NCBI GenBank assembly: GCA_963761335.1
Contig: CAVXGR010000011.1
Span: forward strand, 416,001 to 480,000
Length of the DNA: 64,000 nt
Origin: an uncultured delta proteobacterium
GTDB taxonomy: Bacteria; Desulfobacterota; Binatia; HRBIN30; BPIQ01
Reading direction: 5' to 3'
This document shows, piece after piece, positions 57,388 to 64,000 of the stretch. The position numbers and the translations under genes are program-made. Numbering within the stretch: position 1 is the stretch's first letter; every line of letters begins with the position of its first letter. The notes beneath the pieces were generated by a model that was not told the DNA's origin, searched no databases, and worked only from the letters and a program-made list of their open reading frames with translations.

Positions 57388-57886
57388 GGGGACAGTGCGT
57401 CATGAGCCTTACGGCTCACCAGTAGACGATGAAAATGAGGCTGGGGATCTGCGCCGGCAAGAGACTTGGAGGTCCTCGCCCGGCTGAAGTTCGCCCCGGA
57501 GGGGCGGTGGCGTGTAGCCCCGGGTGAAACCCGGGGAAAGATGCGCGCTCCGTCAGACGCGCCCCGCCAGGGGCGCTGGCAAGCTTTCGTCGATGTCACG
57601 CCTGTACGCCGATGATCACCGCTGGGCGCCTGGGAAGCTCATCGAGGTGAATCACGTGGCCTCTGCGCCTGCGCCCCTGCGGGGCGCTGATCTGGGCCAA
57701 TCGGATCGCGGCCCCCGGGTTAACACCCGGGGCTACATGCCTGCGCCCCTCCGGGGCGACAAGCCTCCACGCCAAGCGCCGGCGTGCTCCGCCAGACCTT
57801 CACCCAACAGATTTTCGAAGCAGGCTACTTTGCCCTCGTGATCTCGCTGTGACCACCGGCCTCGCCGGCAAAAGTTGCCTGTCCCC
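57388..57886 (+). mobile_element. Nested fold-back element locus C (unit 57396-57823)
   Basis: GGGGACAG|unit|GCTACTTTGCC...GGCAAAAGTTGCCTGTCCCC. Confidence 0.82.
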
Positions 57887-57903
57887 GCCCGCTCTCCTCT
57901 CGA

Positions 57904-59052
57904 TCAATAGCCGGCGAGGCGCGCCAGCCGGTCGCGGTGGTGCCCGGCATCGCCGAAGGTCATCTGCGCGACCCGGGCCCGCTTCAGATAGAAACCGATG
58001 TCGTGCTCGTCGGTGACACCGATGCCGCCGTGCATCTGGATGCCCTCGTTGCAGGTGAGCATGTAGACGTCGGAGCAGCGCGCCTTGGCAATGCTGGCGG
58101 CGCGCCCGATCTCGGCATCGTCGCCTCCCGCGTCGAGGACGCGGTGGGCGTTCATCACCGCCGAGCGCGCCAGCTCGCTCTCGACGTAGACGTGCGCGGC
58201 GCGGTGCTTGAGCGCCTGGAAGGTCCCGATGAGGACGCCGAACTGCGCCCGCGTCTTCAGGTACTCGAGGGTCATCTCCAGCACCGCGCCGATACCGCCG
58301 AGCATCTCCGCGGTGAGCGCCACGGTGGCGCGATCGACGACGCGCTCCAGCAGCGCCGCGCCGTCATCCACGGTACCGACGACGGCGTCGGCCGCGACGC
58401 GCGCGTCGTCGAGCCGCACGCCGGCGGCATTGCGGCTGTCGAGCCGCCACTGCCGCTCGACACGGACGCCCGGAGCATCGGCGCGCAGCAGGAAGAGGGA
58501 GATGCCCAGGCGGTCGGCGACGCCGCCGGCAGTGCGCGCCGAGACCACCAGCCACTCCGCGGCGCCGCCGTCGAGCACCTGCACCTTCTCGCCGCGCAGG
58601 ATCCATCCGGCGCCGTCGCGGCGTGCTGTGGTCTCCACGCGTCCGAGCCGATAGCGGCTCGCCGCCTCCTGAAAGGCCACCGACATCAGGCGCTCGCCGG
58701 CGGCGATCGGCGCCAGATGCTCTCGCCGTTGCGCCTCGGTGCCGCCGAGAAGCAGCGCGTTGCCGGCGAGCAGCACGGTCGACAGAATCGGCTCGGGCAT
58801 CAGGCCGCGGCCGATCTCCTCCATCAACACCATCAGGTCCAAATACCCGAGACCGGCGCCGCCGTGCTCCTCGGGAAAGATGATGCCGAGCCAGCCGAGC
58901 CCGGCCATCTCGCGCCACAGCTGGCGCGAGAAGCCGTCGGCATCGGCGCCGTCGCGCAGGGCGCGAATGCGCTTCAGCGACGAGCGGCCGCTGACGAACT
59001 CGCGGGCCGTCTGCTGCAACAGCGTCTGCTCATCGGAAAGAACCAGATCCAC
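57904..59052 (-). CDS. Acyl-CoA dehydrogenase (second subunit of pair)
   Basis: YLKTRAQFG..IGTFQALKHR, QMHGGIGVTDE. Confidence 0.92.
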   Translation of the reverse strand: MDLVLSDEQTLLQQTAREFVSGRSSLKRIRALRDGADADGFSRQLWREMAGLGWLGIIFPEEHGGAGLGYLDLMVLMEEIGRGLMPEPILSTVLLAGNALLLGGTEAQRREHLAPIAAGERLMSVAFQEAASRYRLGRVETTARRDGAGWILRGEKVQVLDGGAAEWLVVSARTAGGVADRLGISLFLLRADAPGVRVERQWRLDSRNAAGVRLDDARVAADAVVGTVDDGAALLERVVDRATVALTAEMLGGIGAVLEMTLEYLKTRAQFGVLIGTFQALKHRAAHVYVESELARSAVMNAHRVLDAGGDDAEIGRAASIAKARCSDVYMLTCNEGIQMHGGIGVTDEHDIGFYLKRARVAQMTFGDAGHHRDRLARLAGY

Positions 59053-59095
59053 GCGCTCACCTCGTGCTCGGAGAGTGTGTCACCGTGCGTCCGCC

Positions 59096-60277
59096 TCAGT
59101 CCGGCAGGCCGAGGACGCGCTTGGCGATGATGTTCAGCTGAATCTCGGAGGTGCCGCCCTCGATGGTGTTGCCGCGCGAGCGCAGCCAGTCGCGCGTGAG
59201 CTTGAGCTCCTCGGCGTCGAACCCGGGGCCTTCCCAGCCGAGCGCCTGCGGCCCGGCGATCTCCACCATCAACGACCGCCGCCGCTGGTTGAGCTCGGTG
59301 CCGTAGAGCTTGAAGATCGAGGTCTCCGCCCCGGGCTTGTGCCCCGCCTTGGCATTGTCGCGCGAGCGCGCCAGGGTGAGGTCGAGGCAGGCCTGATCGA
59401 GCTCGAGCTGGGCGACGCGATCGCGCACCACCGCATCGGCGAGACGCCCGTCCTCCTCTCCCAGGTAGCGGCGCGCCATCTCCACCAGGCGGCGGGCATC
59501 GTCCCTCTCCTTGAAGACGTCGGCGATCATGGTGCGCTCGTGGCCGAGCAGAGCCTTGGCCATCGTCCAGCCGGCGTTGATGCGGCCGACGACGTTGCGG
59601 GCCGGAACCCGCACGTCGGCGAGAAAGGTCTCGCAGAATGGCGACGAGCCGCTGATGAGCGGGATCGGCCGCACCGACACGCCCGGAGTGGTCATGTCCA
59701 TGAGCAGGAAGGTGATGCCCTCCTGCTTCTTCGCCTCGAAATCGGTGCGCACCAGGATGAACATCCAGTCCGCCTTGTCGGCGTAGCTGGTCCACACCTT
59801 CTGGCCGTTGAGCACGAAGTCGTCGCCGTCGCGCACCGCCTTGGTCTGCAGGCCGGCGAGGTCGGAGCCGGCGCCGGGCTCGGAGTATCCCTGACACCAG
59901 CGGATCTCACCGCGCACGATCGGCGGCAGGTGCTCCTTCTTGAGCTCCTCGGAGCCCTCCTGGAGAAGCAGCGGTCCGATCATGGTGAGCCCGAAGCCGA
60001 CCAGTGGCGGCCGCAGGCGCAGCTTGGCCATCTCCTCGGCGAGGATCTTGGCCTCCCCCCGGGAAAGACCACCGCCGCCATAGGCGCGCGGCCAGGTCGG
60101 CGCCGTCCAGCCACGCTCCGCCATCAGCTCGAGCCAGCGCTTCACGTCGGCTGGATACTGCGTCTTCCTGCCTCCCCAGCAGAGGTCCTCGGCGGCGGCC
60201 GGGGTACGCATCGAGTCCGGCGCCTCGGCGGTCAGCCAGCGGCGGGTTTCTTCGCGAAAGGTTTCGAGCTCGGCCAT
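59096..60277 (-). CDS. Acyl-CoA dehydrogenase (catalytic subunit of pair)
   Basis: WCQGYSEPGAGSDLA, NGQKVWTS, TIEGGTSEIQ. Confidence 0.94.
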   Translation of the reverse strand: MAELETFREETRRWLTAEAPDSMRTPAAAEDLCWGGRKTQYPADVKRWLELMAERGWTAPTWPRAYGGGGLSRGEAKILAEEMAKLRLRPPLVGFGLTMIGPLLLQEGSEELKKEHLPPIVRGEIRWCQGYSEPGAGSDLAGLQTKAVRDGDDFVLNGQKVWTSYADKADWMFILVRTDFEAKKQEGITFLLMDMTTPGVSVRPIPLISGSSPFCETFLADVRVPARNVVGRINAGWTMAKALLGHERTMIADVFKERDDARRLVEMARRYLGEEDGRLADAVVRDRVAQLELDQACLDLTLARSRDNAKAGHKPGAETSIFKLYGTELNQRRRSLMVEIAGPQALGWEGPGFDAEELKLTRDWLRSRGNTIEGGTSEIQLNIIAKRVLGLPD

Positions 60278-60374
60278 GGGCTGGTTCGCGCTCCGGTGAA
60301 GTCGCGAGCCCGAAGCTCGCGCCGGGGGGTACCGTATCCGAGGAGCTGCGGTGGTTCAACGCGGGATGGTGGAT

Positions 60375-61340
60375 GGGGACAGTGCGTCATGAGCCTGCGG
60401 CTCACCAACAGACGATGAAAATGAGGCTGGGGATCTGCCCCGTAGAGAGATTTGGCGGTTCTCGCCTGGGCGAAGTTCGCCCCGGAGGGGCGGTGGCGCG
60501 TAGCCCCGGGTGAAACCCGGGAAAAATGCGCGCTCCGTCACACGCGCCCCGCCAGGGCGCGGGCAAACTTCCGTCGATGTCGCGCCTCTACGCCGATGCT
60601 CACCGCTGGGTGCGTGGGAAGCTCATCGACGTGATTCACGCGGCCTCTACTCCTGCGCCCCTCCGGGGCGCTGATCTGGGCCAATCGGAACGCGGTCCCC
60701 GGGTTGACACCCGGGGCTACATGCCTCCGCCCCTCCGGGGCGATAAGCCTCCACCCCAGCGCCGGGACTCCGCCAGACCTTCACCCAACAGATTTTCGAA
60801 GCAGTGCGTCATGAGCCTTACGGCTCGCCAGTAGACGATGAAAATGAGGGCGGGGTTCTCACCCGGGAAAAGATTTGGCGGTTCTGGCATGGGCGAAGTT
60901 CGCCCCGGAGGGGCGGCGGCGTGTAGCCCCGGGTGAAACCCGGGGAAAAGTGCGCGGTGCGTCATAGGCGCCCCGCCAGGGGCGCGGGCAAGTTTTCGTC
61001 GACGTCACGCCCGTACGCCGATAATCACCACTGGGTGCGTGGGAAGCTCATCAACGTGATTCACGCGGCCTCTATGCCTGCGCCCCTCCGGGGCGCTGAT
61101 CTGGGCCAATCGGAACGCGGTCCCCGGGTTGGCACCCGGGGCTACATGCCCGCGCCCCTCCGGGGCGATAATCTCCACGCCAAGCCCCGGGGCTCCGCCA
61201 GACCTTCCGGGGCGATAAGCTCCACACCAAGCGCCGGGGCTGCGCCAGACCTTCACCCAACAGATTTTCGAAGCAGGCTACTTTTCGGCCGCGGCCGGGT
61301 ATGGATGCAGGAGCAAGCGCTCCGAAAGTTGCCTGTCCCC
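60375..61340 (+). mobile_element. Nested fold-back element locus D: head-to-tail dimer (60383-60804, 60805-61276)
   Basis: GGGGACAG|unit|unit|GCTACTTTTCGG...CCGAAAGTTGCCTGTCCCC. Confidence 0.82.
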
Positions 61341-61363
61341 TCCTTTTGCGACAGAAGGACGGA

Positions 61364-62227
61364 ATGAATTACGAGCAGATCCGCTACGAGGTCGACGCCG
61401 GCATTCTGACGATCACCCTGAACCGCCCTGAGAAGCTCAACGCCTTCACGCCGCGGATGCAGCGGGAGCTGATCGACGCCTTCGAGCGCGCCGACGAGGA
61501 CGACTCCGTGCGCGCCGTGATCGTCACCGGCGCCGGGCGCGCCTTCTGCGCCGGGGCCGACCTCTCCGCAGGCAGCGGTACCTTCGATGCCAGCCGCGCC
61601 GAGCGGCCGGAGACCATCGACGAGCACCGCGACGGCGGCGGCCAGGTGAGCTTGCGCATCTTCGAGTCGAAGAAGCCCGTGATCGCCGCCATCAATGGGC
61701 CGGCGGTCGGCGTCGGCATCACCATGACCCTGCCGATGGATGTCCGCCTCGCCTCCAGCGCGGCTCGCATCGGCTTCGTCTTCGCCAGGCGCGGCATCGT
61801 GCCGGAGGCGTGCAGCAGCTGGTTTCTGCCCCGTCTGGTCGGCATCAGCCAGGCGGCCGAGTGGGTGTACAGCGGCCGCGTGTTCAACGCCGAGGAGGCG
61901 CTGGCCGGGCGTCTGGTGAGCCGCCTGCTTCCGCCGGAGGCGCTGCTGGAGAGCGCCCGCGCCCTGGCGCTGGAGATGACCAGCGAGACCTCGGCGATGT
62001 CGGTGGCCCTATCGCGCCAGCTCCTCTGGCGCATGCTGGGCGCCGATCACCCCATGGAGGCGCATCGCATCGACTCCAAGTGCATCTACTGGATGGGGCG
62101 CTCCGCCGACGCCCACGAGGGGGTGGCCTCGTTCCTCGAGAAACGGCCGCCGCGCTTCAGCCTCCGTCCCAGCCGCGACATGCCGGAGTTCTACCCCTGG
62201 TGGCGCGAGCGGCGATTCCGGGATTAG
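61364..62227 (+). CDS. Crotonase/enoyl-CoA hydratase family protein
   Basis: LNRPEKLNA, AFCAGADL, KPVIAAINGPAVGVG, EGVASFLEKR. Confidence 0.94.
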   Translation: MNYEQIRYEVDAGILTITLNRPEKLNAFTPRMQRELIDAFERADEDDSVRAVIVTGAGRAFCAGADLSAGSGTFDASRAERPETIDEHRDGGGQVSLRIFESKKPVIAAINGPAVGVGITMTLPMDVRLASSAARIGFVFARRGIVPEACSSWFLPRLVGISQAAEWVYSGRVFNAEEALAGRLVSRLLPPEALLESARALALEMTSETSAMSVALSRQLLWRMLGADHPMEAHRIDSKCIYWMGRSADAHEGVASFLEKRPPRFSLRPSRDMPEFYPWWRERRFRD

Positions 62228-62236
62228 GGTGACTCC

Positions 62237-62674
62237 ATGGCCGATACCGCACACACGTACGAGGCTCACATCGAATGGACGGAGGCGACGCACGGCCGCG
62301 CCAGCGCCGAGTCGCGGCCGCCGATCGCGGTCGGTGCCCCGCCGGAGTTCGGTGGCGACAGCGAGGCATGGGCACCGGAGCACCTCTGCATGGCGGCCCT
62401 CAACGCCTGCCTGATGCTCACCTTCCTCGCCGTGGCACAGAACTCGAAGATGCCGTTCCGCAGCTACGCGGCGACCGCCACCGGCGAGCTCGGCAAGGTC
62501 GAGGGGCGCGGCACGGCGATCACCCGCGTGGTGGTGCGGCCGCAGATCTCGGTACCCGCCGGGGTCGAGCCGGCCAAGGTCGAGCAGGTGCTGCGCATCG
62601 CCAAGCGCAACTGCTTCATCTCCAACTCGCTCAACTCGGAAGTGGTCATCGAGCCGGAGATCCGCGTCGAGTAG
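62237..62674 (+). CDS. OsmC family protein
   Basis: PPEFGG...PE......ACLMLTF...CFISNSL. Confidence 0.9.
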   Translation: MADTAHTYEAHIEWTEATHGRASAESRPPIAVGAPPEFGGDSEAWAPEHLCMAALNACLMLTFLAVAQNSKMPFRSYAATATGELGKVEGRGTAITRVVVRPQISVPAGVEPAKVEQVLRIAKRNCFISNSLNSEVVIEPEIRVE

Positions 62675-62681
62675 CGCTGTC

Positions 62682-63050
62682 TCAGCGACCCTCGTTTTCG
62701 GCGGCGCGCCCGCTCGCGGCGCGGCTGCGGATCTGCTCGCAGAGCGACTTCCACTCCTCGCGCAGGGCACGGGGCACCGGCTCCCTGAGATGCCGCATGT
62801 ACAGCGGATCGCTCGGCGACCCGTCGATGACGTTGCGGGTCACCTGCGCCACCAGCGACGGCGATGGGTTCCTCCCCAGCCGGCGCAGCCGCGGCTGCAG
62901 GTGAGTCTCGTCCACGTGGCGATAGATCTCCTGCAGTCGCCGCATGGGCAGATCCCTCTCGCCCAGCGCCGCCATGTCGATCGACCACGGCAGCCGGGTG
63001 AGCGGCCACAGATATTCGTCAAAGATCTCGCTGAAAGAGTCTCTAGCCAT
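62682..63050 (-). CDS. Hypothetical protein (122 aa)
   Basis: GGAGGAG SD immediately upstream; protein-like composition. Confidence 0.65.
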   Translation of the reverse strand: MARDSFSEIFDEYLWPLTRLPWSIDMAALGERDLPMRRLQEIYRHVDETHLQPRLRRLGRNPSPSLVAQVTRNVIDGSPSDPLYMRHLREPVPRALREEWKSLCEQIRSRAASGRAAENEGR

Positions 63051-63264
63051 CTCCTCCGTCCTCTTCGTCCCGGTTCGGCCTCGGGTATGCCGTTCAGACT
63101 AGCGGCAGCAGCCCCCGAGGGGCAGGTGCTTTTGTGCCGCGCGGCACAGGAGAGGTGGATTTCGTGTGCCGTGTGCAGCAGCGAAGGGCAGTGGGAGCGC
63201 ATCCGCCCCGGCCACATATCGCCGTCAATGGGGGAGGCGGCCAAGATGGCCGCGCTCCCACAGC

Positions 63265-63951
63265 TCAACCCGCGGTGCGCTCGAGGGGTGTGTCGACCGA
63301 AGCGAGCTGGCGCTGCGGCAGTGAGGCGAGAAACCCTCCGGTGAGAAGGATGCGCCGGCCCTGCTTGCGGATCGCTCCCTGGCGCTCGAGGCGCTTCATG
63401 GTGCGCGCCACGTTGGCGCGCGAAGCGATCGCCAGCTCGGCGAGATCGGCGTGAGTGAGCGGCAGACCGATCAGCAGCCCGCCCTCGCTCGGCTCGCCGA
63501 AGTCGCGGCCCAGCACCGCCAGCTCGTGTCGCAGGCGGTCCTCCAACCCCTGACCCAGAAGCTGGCATTTGTCGTAGAGGAGCCGGCTCAGAATCCGCCA
63601 GCTGAGGGCGAGCATGCGCAACACCGATGCCGGCGGCGAATCGGTAATCACCTTGCTCAGCATCTCGCTGGTGATGATGGCGACCACGCAATCGGTGAAG
63701 GCGCGCGCCCCGAACAGGCGAGGCTCGTCGCGCTCCGGATACCAGTTGGGCCCGAAGAACTGCCCGGGGCGCACCAGCTGCACGCACACCGTGCCGTCTC
63801 CGGCCGGGCAGGTGACCTTCACGACTCCGGAGACCAGGAAGTTCACCAGATCGGAGGGATCCTCGGCCCCGAAGATGTCCTGGTTCTTGCGCCAGCGCGC
63901 CAGCTGCGCCGAGCGCGCCAGCTCCTCGATGGCGCGGTCGGTCAGACCCAT
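63265..63951 (-). CDS. Crp/Fnr family regulator; frame stays open to the window edge
   Basis: LVSGVVKV, PGQFFG, ARAFTDC, LTHADLAELAIASRANVARTMKRL helix-turn-helix. Confidence 0.9.
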   Translation of the reverse strand: MGLTDRAIEELARSAQLARWRKNQDIFGAEDPSDLVNFLVSGVVKVTCPAGDGTVCVQLVRPGQFFGPNWYPERDEPRLFGARAFTDCVVAIITSEMLSKVITDSPPASVLRMLALSWRILSRLLYDKCQLLGQGLEDRLRHELAVLGRDFGEPSEGGLLIGLPLTHADLAELAIASRANVARTMKRLERQGAIRKQGRRILLTGGFLASLPQRQLASVDTPLERTAG

Positions 63952-64000
63952 CTGCTTCCCGGTGCTGGCGAGCTGAGCGCGAAAAGAGGTCTTCGGCGTG

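Overview
A 64-kb window of high-GC bacterial chromosome. The lineage is inferred, not proven: dockerin-like and Pro/Thr-rich secreted proteins, a GC-CTERM-like sorting tail, an F420-dependent LLM enzyme and several acyl-CoA dehydrogenases fit Ca. Binatia or a related deltaproteobacterial group. About 47 genes are present, mostly metabolic or housekeeping. They include a YVTN/phosphoesterase lipoprotein, an S1P-lyase-like enzyme, a MoxR-DUF58-vWA operon, an isolated rsmH, ppx-CYTH/CHAD-cca-sixA, a lysyl-oxidase-like protein, rlmD, glgC, a degenerate cobS, sppA, a pilin, miaB, nadA-nrtR, a MATE transporter, TetR plus acyl-CoA dehydrogenases, Smr, OsmC and Crp. I found no rRNA, tRNA, CRISPR array, transposase or integrase. 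The most unusual signal is intergenic: several families of nested palindromic repeats. (1) A 350-480 bp fold-back element occurs six times, always immediately after CAG inside a short GGGGACAG...CTGTCCCC hairpin. Two loci are head-to-tail dimers, and an empty target hairpin is also present in the window. (2) A roughly 5 x 195-bp tandem array of long hairpins. (3) GTAG-type REP doublets, two of which bracket rsmH. (4) Inverted CCCTCACCC-type repeats bracketing an AT-richer, frameshifted cargo gene. Product calls come from motif recognition by eye, and many start codons are my re-assignments.
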